From Spirochaetia bacterium (GTDB taxonomy: Bacteria; Spirochaetota; Spirochaetia; SZUA-6; Bin103), in assembly GCA_965208575.1 (NCBI GenBank), contig CBDBOV010000003.1:736001-800000 (forward strand): DNA of 64,000 nt. Direction: 5' to 3'. Positions 18,540-27,271 of the stretch are shown one piece after another; position 1 is the stretch's first letter; each line of letters begins with the position of its first letter. Position numbers and translations under genes: made by a program. Below the pieces are notes generated by a model that made no database searches, was not told the origin of the DNA, and saw only the letters and a program-made list of their open reading frames with translations.

Positions 18540-20174
18540 TTGCTGCAGGGAGTGACAGGGACGCGCCCGGAGACGTTGGCGGCACGCCTGGAGGCGATCG
18601 GCTATCGAGTGCTGCGGCAGCAGGCGATCGACGAGCCGCTGCTTTATTACGACACCCAGGAGGGAACGGTGTTCGCGCGCGGCGCGCGGCTGTTCCGGAA
18701 CCTGCCAGCCGCGGCGTCTCGTGAACTGCCGCCGGCGCGGTCGCCGTGGCGGTTCTTCGACCGCCGCCAGGCTTCGGCAAGCTGCGCCTCGCTGGCGGGC
18801 CTGCGCCGCGATGTGCCCTGGCTTCCCGACGAGGCCGAGTTGCATCCGATACTGCGAGCGGTACGTAGCGCTGTCCTGCTGCGGCTGCGCGGGTTGGCGA
18901 CTCGTGACCTGACCGTGGTGGTGGAGCGGTGGAGCTTTGCCGGCACGGCGCCGCCTGCCGACGGCCAACCCCCCGGGCTGCTGGTGCGCGCGGCACTTGA
19001 GCGACCGGGCGCGGCCGCCACGAGCAGCACCTCGCCAGCCGCGCGGATGCCCACCGCCTGGTACGTGGCGCCGGACGACGGCCCGCGCCACGACCGCGCC
19101 TACCTGGAGATGTTGCTGAGCGAGCATGCCCGCGCGGTCGGGTTGCCGCGTGGCCGCCCGGCAGGCAGTTGGGATCCGCTTGCCACCGGCCTGGAGCTGA
19201 TCGGCCGCCTGCCGCCCGGCTTGGCCGCGCCGCGCAGCCTGGTCGTGCGCCGCGCCGACTCTCTGACGGCGGTGCTCGGTAAGACGATTCGGTTGCAGGG
19301 GCTGCGCCTGGCGAGCTGCGTCGACGGCATCCTTTGCGACCACCATTCCGAATACGTACACGATGCCCGGGTAGCGGTGCGACGGGCGCGCTTCGCGCTT
19401 CTCGTGGCGGCGGCAGGTGGCGACCCGGCGGCGCGCGAACTGAGCGGCCGCCTGCGCTGCGTCGCCCGGCTGCTGGGGCCGGTGCGCGACCTCGATGTGC
19501 TGCTGGCCCGTCTCCCGAAACTGGCAGCGGCGGCCCGGCCGGACGCGGATCCGGATGGAACCGCCGCCAGCGCCGCCGAACAGCGCTTGTCCGACGAGCT
19601 GTGGGCGCGCCGCGAGGAGCGCCGCGGCACGGCTGGCGAGTTGCTGCACGATGCGGACACCTGCCGCCTCCTGGAGCAGATCTCTGGTTGGCGGGCGGAC
19701 GGCATTGCCGATCAGCCGGCCGGGAGCAGCGCGCGTGATGCGTTGCGCGTCGCCCTGGAGCGGGTGGACAAAGCGGGAACCGCGGTTGCCACCTCCGAGT
19801 CCGTGCCGGTTGGCAACCTGCACCGGCTGCGGCTGCGCTTGAAGCGGCTGCGCTACACGGCGGAGCTGTTCTCGGGAGCCCTGAAAAGAAGGCGCGACAA
19901 TCGCGCCCTGGGCGCTGTCGTTGCCGAGTGCGCCGCCGCACAGACGTTGCTCGGCGACCTCAACGATGACGCAGTTGCCGAGACGGAGATTGCCGCGGCG
20001 GCCGGTGTGGTGCGCAACCGGGACAGCGGAGATGATCGAATCGCGGCAGATCTCGCTCACCGGATTGTCGCTGTGCTCCAGCAGCGGCAGGAGCGGGCGG
20101 CCCGCAACTTCGCGCAAGGTTGGCGCCGGCAGCGAAGCCGGCTGCGCAAATCGTTGCAGGAGCTGTTGGGATGA
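18540..20174 (+). CDS. CHAD domain-containing protein (polyphosphate-binding)
   Basis: 'VHDARVAVRRAR', 'LGPVRDLDV', 'LHRLRLRLKRLRYTAELF' and 'QTLLGDLND'. Start uncertain. Confidence 0.85.
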   Translation: MLQGVTGTRPETLAARLEAIGYRVLRQQAIDEPLLYYDTQEGTVFARGARLFRNLPAAASRELPPARSPWRFFDRRQASASCASLAGLRRDVPWLPDEAELHPILRAVRSAVLLRLRGLATRDLTVVVERWSFAGTAPPADGQPPGLLVRAALERPGAAATSSTSPAARMPTAWYVAPDDGPRHDRAYLEMLLSEHARAVGLPRGRPAGSWDPLATGLELIGRLPPGLAAPRSLVVRRADSLTAVLGKTIRLQGLRLASCVDGILCDHHSEYVHDARVAVRRARFALLVAAAGGDPAARELSGRLRCVARLLGPVRDLDVLLARLPKLAAAARPDADPDGTAASAAEQRLSDELWARREERRGTAGELLHDADTCRLLEQISGWRADGIADQPAGSSARDALRVALERVDKAGTAVATSESVPVGNLHRLRLRLKRLRYTAELFSGALKRRRDNRALGAVVAECAAAQTLLGDLNDDAVAETEIAAAAGVVRNRDSGDDRIAADLAHRIVAVLQQRQERAARNFAQGWRRQRSRLRKSLQELLG

Positions 20175-20938
20175 CGGTCATTGCGCTGGCCGGCGTGAAG
20201 GGCGGCGTCGGCAAGACCGCCGCGGCCGTCAACCTGGCGGTCCTGGCTGCGCGTGCGGACGCTCCCGCGCTGCTCTGGGACATGGATCCGCAGGGCGCCG
20301 CCGGGTTCTGCCTGGCCCAGGAGGCGACGTTGCGACGCAAGCCGGCCCGGCTGCTGTCCGGACGCACTGCCCTGCGCGCAGAAGCGGTGGAGACTCCATA
20401 CCGGGGCCTGGACCTGGTGCCGTCGCGGCTGGGCATGCGCCACCTGGAGCGCCTGCTCGGTCCGGCGGGCGGTAAGCGTGCCGGGGTTCGGAGGGCGCTG
20501 CGCGGAGTGCGGCGCTCCTACCGGTGGGTGGTGCTCGATTGCCCGTCCGGTGCGGGACGACTCATGGAACACGTACTGCGGGCCGCCGACCTGGTGCTGG
20601 CGCCGGTGGTGCCGTCGCCGCTGGCGATCCGTGGTTACGAGGAACTGCTCGTACTGGCGGCCAAGACCGGCGCCGGACGCGAGCGCATCGTACCGTTCTT
20701 CTCCATGGTGGAGCACCGCAAGCGGCTGCACCGGCAGGCGATGGCGGAGCTGCGCCGGCGCGATTCGCGCTTTCTGAACACGGCGATTCCCTATCGTGCC
20801 GACATCGAGCGCATGGGCGAGACGCGCAAGCCGATCGTCGCCCAGCGCCCCTCCTCGCAGGCGACGGCGGCCTACCGGGCGCTGTGGCGGGAGTGCCGCC
20901 GCCTGGCAGCAGGTGGTTCGCCACGGGCCGCTCGATGA
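20171..20938 (+). CDS. ParA/MinD-family ATPase
   Basis: Deviant Walker A KGGVGKT, 'DMDPQG' and 'LDCP'. ATGA overlap with the CHAD gene. Confidence 0.9.
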   Translation: MTVIALAGVKGGVGKTAAAVNLAVLAARADAPALLWDMDPQGAAGFCLAQEATLRRKPARLLSGRTALRAEAVETPYRGLDLVPSRLGMRHLERLLGPAGGKRAGVRRALRGVRRSYRWVVLDCPSGAGRLMEHVLRAADLVLAPVVPSPLAIRGYEELLVLAAKTGAGRERIVPFFSMVEHRKRLHRQAMAELRRRDSRFLNTAIPYRADIERMGETRKPIVAQRPSSQATAAYRALWRECRRLAAGGSPRAAR

Positions 20939-21012
20939 GGGCGGGCGCGACGGGCCGCCGGCGATGACCGCGGCTGTGCTGCGGGACCGCCGGTAACCGG
21001 ACCGATCTGCGC

Positions 21013-21119
21013 CATGCTGAGCGCGAAGCGTTCAGCATCATGTTGAGCGCGAAGCGTTCAGCATCATGTTGAGCGCGAAGCGTTCAGCATTTATGTTGAT
21101 CGCGAACATCGCTCAGCAT
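21013..21119. repeat. Tandem array of 26-bp hairpin units (3 near-perfect copies plus 1 degenerate)
   Basis: CATG[C/T]TGAGCGCGAAGCGTTCAGCAT at 21013, 21039 and 21065; degenerate copy at 21091. No spacers. Confidence 0.92.
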
Positions 21120-21279
21120 CATGTTGCGCGGCATGTTGCCGTGAGTCTGAACGGTCACTCCGTGACATGGAAGACGATGAAGACCGATGCCGAAGCATCG
21201 GCTGTCGGCCGGCTATTTCGGACCAGGCAGCGCGTCCGCGCGGCGAGATGCGCGACACCAGGAGACCAAGGAGGCCACG

Positions 21280-22242
21280 ATGCCAGGTTTGTTCGATCTT
21301 CCCTTCGACCAGTTGCAGGACTACCAGGGAGTCAATCCCCGGCCCGCCGACTTCGACGCGTACTGGGAGCGCGCTCACCGGGAACTTGCGGCGGTGGAAG
21401 CCGCGGTGGAACTGGTGCCGGCGCAGTTCCAGGCGCCGTTCGCGCGCTGCGACCACCTCTACTTCACCGGCGCCGGCGGAGCGCGCGTGCACGCCAAGCT
21501 GCTGCGCCGCATCGGGGCGGCGGAACCCGGCCCGGCGGTGCTGATGTTCCACGGCTACCGAGGCCAGTCGCCGGAGTGGTCGGAGATGCTCGGCTACGTC
21601 GCCGCCGGCTTCACGGTGGCGGCGTTGGACTGCCGCGGCCAGGGCGGCCGCTCCGACGACGCCGGCGGCGTGCGCGGCAACACGCTGTACGGCCATATCA
21701 TCCGCGGGCTCGCGGACGGCCCGGACCAGCTCCTGTACCGGCACATCTTTCTCGACACGGCACAGCTCGCCGGCATCGTGATGGGCCTCGACGAAGTGGA
21801 CGCGGGGCGCTTGGGGGCGACCGGCGCCTCCCAGGGCGGCGGTCTGACCCTCGCCTGCGCCGCGCTGGAGCCGCGCATCAGGCGCGCGGCTCCCGTGTAC
21901 CCATTCCTGTGCGACTACCAGCGGGTATGGGAGATGGATCAGGCGGAGCGCGCCTACCGCGAGCTGCGCGACTTCTTCCGCATGTTCGACCCCACGCATG
22001 AACGGCAGGCGCACTATTTCGAGCGCCTCGGCTACATCGACGTGCAGCATCTCGCCGCGCGCATCGAAGCGCAGGTGCTGATGGGGGTGGGCCTGATGGA
22101 CCAGGTGTGCCCGCCCTCCACGCAGTTCGCAGCCTACAACAAGATCACCGCGCCGAAGGAGATGGTGATTTTCCCCGACTACGAGCACGAAGCCCTGCCC
22201 GGGTTCCGCGACCGAACCTTCCAGTTCATGCTCGGCCTGTAG
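21280..22242 (+). CDS. Acetylxylan esterase / cephalosporin-C deacetylase (AXE1, CE7)
   Basis: 'RPADFDAYW', 'FHGY', 'DCRGQGG', nucleophile GASQGG, 'CPPSTQFAAYN' and 'HE'. SD AAGGAGG. Confidence 0.92.
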   Translation: MPGLFDLPFDQLQDYQGVNPRPADFDAYWERAHRELAAVEAAVELVPAQFQAPFARCDHLYFTGAGGARVHAKLLRRIGAAEPGPAVLMFHGYRGQSPEWSEMLGYVAAGFTVAALDCRGQGGRSDDAGGVRGNTLYGHIIRGLADGPDQLLYRHIFLDTAQLAGIVMGLDEVDAGRLGATGASQGGGLTLACAALEPRIRRAAPVYPFLCDYQRVWEMDQAERAYRELRDFFRMFDPTHERQAHYFERLGYIDVQHLAARIEAQVLMGVGLMDQVCPPSTQFAAYNKITAPKEMVIFPDYEHEALPGFRDRTFQFMLGL

Positions 22243-22274
22243 CCGGCACCCGCCGGGGGACCGTCAGATCCCGG

Positions 22275-23063
22275 TCAGCCGGAGGCCGCGCGCCGCCTGG
22301 GCGTGTACGCCAGCAACAGGCCGATCTGGCGGTAGCCGACCAGCGGGTACAGCTTGGCGCCGGTGTGGCTGGATGTCAGCACCGCCATGCTGGCGCCGTG
22401 CGCACGGTCGTCGCGCAGCATGCGGCACAGCATGGCGCGGGCGATGCCGCGGCGCCGGAATTGTTCCACCACGAACAGGTTCTGGCACCAAGTGGCGCCG
22501 CTCACGGTGATGCTGCCCACCCAGCCCACCACCGTGTCGTCGATGAACGCCGCGTACTGGCGCTGCCGGGCGCCCGGATGCAGGTCTTCGGGGCGGATCT
22601 GCCGGTTGCGGGTGGCCCGGTGCAGGTGCTCGGCCATCTCCGCCGTCAGTACGCGCTCGATCACGGCCGGGGCAGGCACGCGCGGTATGCGCCGCAGCGG
22701 GTGCGCCATCAGCGGCTCGGTGGTGTTGAGCCGGTAGTCGAGCGCCTTGAAGCCGTCGCGCAACGGCTGGTCCGAGGTACCGGCAGGATGGATGGCACAG
22801 ATCACGTAGCGGCCGCGGGTCCCGGCGCGCGCGGCGGCGTCCACCGCGGCCGCGGGCAGGTTGCAGCTCACCCACTCCTCGCTGCGATAGTTGCCGCGGC
22901 GCCGCGGGGCGTCGCGCAGTACCCACAGCGGCGGCGCCGACGGGAAGCCGGGCACGCCGACCTTCGTTGCTTCGTAGGGGTGGGTGCGGCTGCGGACGTA
23001 GGAGAATCCGCGCGCGAACACCTCCATGGCTCGTTCCAGTTCCGCGGCGGCGGATGCCGGCAT
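22275..23063 (-). CDS. GNAT family N-acetyltransferase
   Basis: 'LFVVEQFRRRGIARAM' and 'LYPLVGY'. Confidence 0.85.
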   Translation of the reverse strand: MPASAAAELERAMEVFARGFSYVRSRTHPYEATKVGVPGFPSAPPLWVLRDAPRRRGNYRSEEWVSCNLPAAAVDAAARAGTRGRYVICAIHPAGTSDQPLRDGFKALDYRLNTTEPLMAHPLRRIPRVPAPAVIERVLTAEMAEHLHRATRNRQIRPEDLHPGARQRQYAAFIDDTVVGWVGSITVSGATWCQNLFVVEQFRRRGIARAMLCRMLRDDRAHGASMAVLTSSHTGAKLYPLVGYRQIGLLLAYTPRRRAASG

Positions 23064-23067
23064 GCAG

Positions 23068-24429
23068 TTACTTCCCGTTCCGCCCGACGATTTGCATGGG
23101 CATGCCGTTGTGCGGCCTCAGCCCCACCCACGGCGCCGGCCGCGGCGGCTCGCCGGCGGTCAACTCGAGCCGATAGTCTTGCGAGATGCGGGCGATGGCC
23201 AGGATAGACTCGGTGGTGGCGAAGCCCTGCCCGATACAGGTGCGCGGACCGGCGCTGAACGGCAGGTAGCTGTACCGCCGCGGGTCCGGGCCGTCGAGCC
23301 AACGCTGCGGCCGGAACCGCTCCGCCTCGGCAAAGAACCTTTCGTCGCGGTGTGTCACCCACGGACAGATCAGGATCACCGTGCCGGGCGCCACGGGGTA
23401 GCCATTGAGGGTGAACTCCTCGTATGCCATGCGCGGGATTATCGGCACCGGCGGATACAGGCGCAGCGCCTCCTTGAACACCGCGTCGCACCAGGTCAGC
23501 TCCGGCACGTCGTCCTTCGCCGGTGCGCGCCCGTTCAGGGTCGCGTCGACTTCACCGGTCAGCCGGTCCGCGATCGATGGGTGCTGGGCGAGCAGGTACC
23601 AGGTCCAGGTCAGCGCGACCGCCGTGGTCTCGTGGCCAGCGATCAGCAGCGCCATCATCTGGTAGTGCCACTCCGGATCGCTCAGCAGGCCGGGCTCGGC
23701 CGCGCCCGCACGGCGCAGCAGGTCGATCAGGTCGCCGGCGCCGTGATGCACCTCCGGATGGTCGCGGATCACCCGCTCGATCAGTGCCCGCCCCTCCTGA
23801 ACCGCCCTGCGCAGCTTGACGTTTTCCTTCGTCGGCACGATCGGCGGCGCCTGGAACGGATGGGTCGCGCGGTGGGTGATGTCGCGGACGATCGTCTCGC
23901 AGGTGTCCAGGATCGCGTCCCGCCGGTCGGGGTAGTCGGCGCCGTACAGCGAATTGAGCACGATGTCGAGCGACAGGCGGGCCATTTCGCGATGCACTTC
24001 GACCACTTCGCCCTGTTTCCAGGTCGATATGTGGCGCTCGGCCATGCGCACCATGGTGGGGCCGTAGCGCGCGAGGGCGCTGCCCTTGAGCAGCGGGTTG
24101 AACCGGTGCCGCTCGCGGACCCAGAAGTCCTCGTCGCCGGGAAAGTTGATCACCCGGTACACGTCCTCGCCGCCGGCCAGCAAGTGGTCGAGCCGGGTAG
24201 GGGGCTTCGACTTGCTGCGCGTGAACCGGCGCGCGTTGGTGGCGAGCACGCTCTCCAGCAGCGCCGGGTGGTTGATGAACAGCAGCTCCTGGCGGCCCGC
24301 GGTGAGCCGCACGATGTCGCCGTGCTCGCGGGCGGCCCGGGTCAGGAACCCGAGCGGATCGCGGCGAAAGTGCAGTGCATTGCCGACCAGCGGGACGCCG
24401 CGTGGTCCCGGTGGATCATGGTTGCTCAG
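23068..24429 (-). CDS. Cytochrome P450
   Basis: AGHETT, EALRLYPP, 'AERFRPQRW' and heme motif PFSAGPRTCIG. The reading frame extends upstream of the track start to PPGPRGVPLVGNAL, with a probable CTG start at 24429. Confidence 0.92.
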   Translation of the reverse strand: MSNHDPPGPRGVPLVGNALHFRRDPLGFLTRAAREHGDIVRLTAGRQELLFINHPALLESVLATNARRFTRSKSKPPTRLDHLLAGGEDVYRVINFPGDEDFWVRERHRFNPLLKGSALARYGPTMVRMAERHISTWKQGEVVEVHREMARLSLDIVLNSLYGADYPDRRDAILDTCETIVRDITHRATHPFQAPPIVPTKENVKLRRAVQEGRALIERVIRDHPEVHHGAGDLIDLLRRAGAAEPGLLSDPEWHYQMMALLIAGHETTAVALTWTWYLLAQHPSIADRLTGEVDATLNGRAPAKDDVPELTWCDAVFKEALRLYPPVPIIPRMAYEEFTLNGYPVAPGTVILICPWVTHRDERFFAEAERFRPQRWLDGPDPRRYSYLPFSAGPRTCIGQGFATTESILAIARISQDYRLELTAGEPPRPAPWVGLRPHNGMPMQIVGRNGK

Positions 24430-24624
24430 GGGAGCGCCTCCACGAGAGTTGGTGTGCTCAATGCTGGCCGCGCACGCGCCTGCCGGTCAACCGCCGTCTC
24501 GAACGAATCGGTTCCGGCTGGATCACAAGTGCAGCGAAGCCGCTGGGCGGAGGCGCTTCCTCCGGGATGGGGCGGCGGCGGGTCGTCGTTGTGCTACGCT
24601 CGGCGCATGGCAGGTGGGGTCCGC

Positions 24625-24912
24625 ATGGAGCGCGAGCGGGAGCAACTTGTCGGCGACGGGTTCTGCATCGTCCCCGGCGTTCTGGATGCCGGCATGCTGG
24701 ACTCGCTGCGACGGGAGTCGTCGGCGCTGCTCGATCAGCTCAGCGAGGAGGAGAAACGCGTCCAGGGAGGGCAGGCCGGCCACCGGGCATCGACCGGGGG
24801 CGTACCGCCGGCGTCACGCCAGCGTCTGCTGCCGCTGCTGCCGCGCTACTCCGGAACCGCCGAGCCGGCCGCGACCAACCGGCGCCGCGGCGATTACCTC
24901 AAGAAAGTTTGA
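24625..24912 (+). pseudogene. Internally deleted PhyH-family gene remnant
   Basis: A PhyH-like N-terminus 'REQLVGDGFCIVPGVLD..ML..LR' is joined to a PhyH-like tail 'LLPRYSGTAEP...NRRRG'. The HxD/H core is absent (95 aa). Confidence 0.6.
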
Positions 24913-24919
24913 GCCGGGG

Positions 24920-26107
24920 TCAGGTGGCGTAGGGGTCGGCGGCGTCGCGCAGGCCGTCGCCGACGAAGTTGAACATCATCACCGCCAGGATCACGGGAAA
25001 CGCGGGGATGATCAGCCACGGCTGCAGTGCCAGCACCGAGATCGACTGCGCGTCCTGCAGCAGCGTCCCCCAGCTCACCGCCGGCGCCCGGATGCCCAGG
25101 CCCAGGAAGCTGAGCGCGGTTTCTCCCGCGATCATGAATGGTATTGCCAGGGTGAGATGGGTGATCAGGTAGCTGGTGAAGCCGGGAACCAGGTGGCGGC
25201 GGATGATGGCGCCGTTCTTGGCGGCCGCCACCTGGGCGGCCATCACGAAGTCTTCCTCGCGCAGGCTGATGAGCTTGCCGCGCACCACCCGCGCCAGGCC
25301 GGGCCAGGCCAGCAGCGCCAGGATGATCGTGATGGCGAAGTAGATCTTCAGGATGCCCCAGTCGTGCGGCAGGGCGGCCGACAGCGCAATCCACAGCGGG
25401 ATGGTAGGGATACTCAGCAGCATGTCGATGACGCGCTGGATCGCGTCGTCCACCACGCCTCCGTAGTAGCCCGACATGCCGCCCAGGATCACCCCGAGGA
25501 TGAACGCCACGAACACGCCGCCGAAGCCGATGAACAGCGAGACGCGGCCGGCGTAGAACGTGCGCGAGAACACGTCGCGCCCGAGCCGGTCGGAGCCGAA
25601 CAGGAACAGCGGCACCGACGGGTCGTCGATCCCGAACAGCTTGACGTTCCAGGGGATGAACCCGAGCAGGGTGAACGGCTCCTCGCTGCGCACGAAGAAG
25701 CGGATGACGAGTTCGCGGTCGCTGTCGGTGTACTGGTAGGTGAAGGTGGCCTTGTCCAGTTCACGCGCCCGGGCGAAAACGAACGGCCGGCTCAACCCGC
25801 GCGTGGGACTGACGAATCGGACGCGGGTAGGCGGCGCCTCGCCGAACTCCTTGAAGCGGTGCAGCGCCGGGTAGGGAGTGAAGAACTCGGCAAAGAGCGA
25901 GATGAAGTAGAGCGCGCCGAGCACCACGATCGCCAACACCGCCAGCTTGTGGCGCCGGAACTTGCGCCACACCAGTTGCCCCTGGGAAGCGACGAAAGCA
26001 CGCTCTTCGGCGGTCGTGGCTCCGTTGTCGGATGCCGTGGTCTCCGCCGCGGCCCGACCCGGCGCCGCCGCGCGGACGGCAGCCGCGTCGGCGCCCCGTC
26101 GAGCCAT
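24920..26107 (-). CDS. Peptide/nickel ABC transporter permease (OppC/DppC-like)
   Basis: 'WRKFRRHKLA', 'GSDRLGRDVFSR', 'ARVVRG' and 'ETALSFLGLG...SWG'. Confidence 0.92.
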   Translation of the reverse strand: MARRGADAAAVRAAAPGRAAAETTASDNGATTAEERAFVASQGQLVWRKFRRHKLAVLAIVVLGALYFISLFAEFFTPYPALHRFKEFGEAPPTRVRFVSPTRGLSRPFVFARARELDKATFTYQYTDSDRELVIRFFVRSEEPFTLLGFIPWNVKLFGIDDPSVPLFLFGSDRLGRDVFSRTFYAGRVSLFIGFGGVFVAFILGVILGGMSGYYGGVVDDAIQRVIDMLLSIPTIPLWIALSAALPHDWGILKIYFAITIILALLAWPGLARVVRGKLISLREEDFVMAAQVAAAKNGAIIRRHLVPGFTSYLITHLTLAIPFMIAGETALSFLGLGIRAPAVSWGTLLQDAQSISVLALQPWLIIPAFPVILAVMMFNFVGDGLRDAADPYAT

Positions 26108-27105
26108 CAGCCGGCGCTCCGGCCGAAGCGGATGCGGGGATCGATCACCGCCAGCAGGATGTCGGACACCAGGGTGCCGACAATGACCAGCGCGCTCAGG
26201 ATCATCACGATGCTGCCGACGAGGTACATGTCCTCCGACAGCGCGCCCTCCAGCAGCACCGGCCCCAGCGTCTCCAGACCCAGTACCCGCGACACGATCA
26301 CCTCGCCGCTGACCAGGGCCGGCAGCGTCCAGCCGATGGTGCTGATCAGCGGGTTGAAGGCGATGCGCACCGGGTACTTGAAGATGACGCGCGTCTCGCG
26401 CAATCCCTTGGCGCGCGCCGTGGTCACGTACAGCTTCTTCAGTTCGTCGAGCAGGGTGCCGCGCAGGATCCGTACCAGCGGCGCGGTGCCGCCCACGGCG
26501 AGCACCACGACGCCCAGCCAGGCGTTCTTGGCGACGTCGACTACCTTGGCCAACGACCAGGGCGCGTTGCGGTACTCCAGCGAGTACAGGCTGGTGATGG
26601 CATGGCCGGTATTGACGAAGACTATGTAGGCCATCCCCAGCGCCAACAGGAAGTTGGGCACCGCCAGGCCGACGAAGCTCATGGTGGTCGCCGCGTAGTC
26701 GGTCAGCGAGTACTGCCGTACCGCGGAGTAGATGCCGAGCGGGACGGCGATGATCCAGGTCACCGCGAATGCCGCGAAGGTGAAGGCGAGCGACAGCGGC
26801 AGGCGCTCCAGAATCAGGTCGGTGACCGGCATGTTGTAGATGAAGGAGCGCCCCATCTCGCCCTTGGTCAGGAAGTTGCGCATCCACCGCCAGTACTGGG
26901 TCGCCGGATCCTTGTCGAGTCCGTATTGGCGGTAGAGCTGTTCGATCACACTCTCGTTGGCCAGGAAGCCCTGCTCCTCGAGGCGCTGGATGTAGGTCTC
27001 GACGTAGCTGCCCGGCGGCAGCAGGATGATGCCGAACGAGGCAATGGAGATCATCACCAGTAGCGGGATCGCGATGAAGAATCGTCGGCGGATGAAAGCA
27101 AGCAT
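26107..27105 (-). CDS. Peptide/nickel ABC transporter permease (OppB/DppB-like)
   Basis: 'YGLDK', 'ERLPLS', 'YVTTARAKGL' and 'DPRIRF'. Confidence 0.92.
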   Translation of the reverse strand: MLAFIRRRFFIAIPLLVMISIASFGIILLPPGSYVETYIQRLEEQGFLANESVIEQLYRQYGLDKDPATQYWRWMRNFLTKGEMGRSFIYNMPVTDLILERLPLSLAFTFAAFAVTWIIAVPLGIYSAVRQYSLTDYAATTMSFVGLAVPNFLLALGMAYIVFVNTGHAITSLYSLEYRNAPWSLAKVVDVAKNAWLGVVVLAVGGTAPLVRILRGTLLDELKKLYVTTARAKGLRETRVIFKYPVRIAFNPLISTIGWTLPALVSGEVIVSRVLGLETLGPVLLEGALSEDMYLVGSIVMILSALVIVGTLVSDILLAVIDPRIRFGRSAG

Positions 27106-27210
27106 GCGCGGTTACTCAGGGGGAGCGGCGAGAGATGCTCCCCGCCCCGCGGACGCTGATCCTATCCGGTGGCCGGTGGCCTGTCCAGAACAGGAGACGT
27201 GCGGGGAGAG

Positions 27211-27244
27211 AAAAACGGGCGGGGAAACGACTCCCCGCCCGTTC
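27211..27244 (-). terminator. Rho-independent terminator/attenuator between the SBP and permease genes
   Basis: Minus strand AACGGGCGGGGA-gtcgtt-TCCCCGCCCGTT followed by TTT. Confidence 0.75.
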
Positions 27245-27271
27245 GTTCGGTAGCGTCCGGCTGGCGGACGG

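Noticed and set aside
21013-21119. CRISPR array
   Set aside because: The repeats are contiguous with no unique spacers, and no cas genes are in the window.
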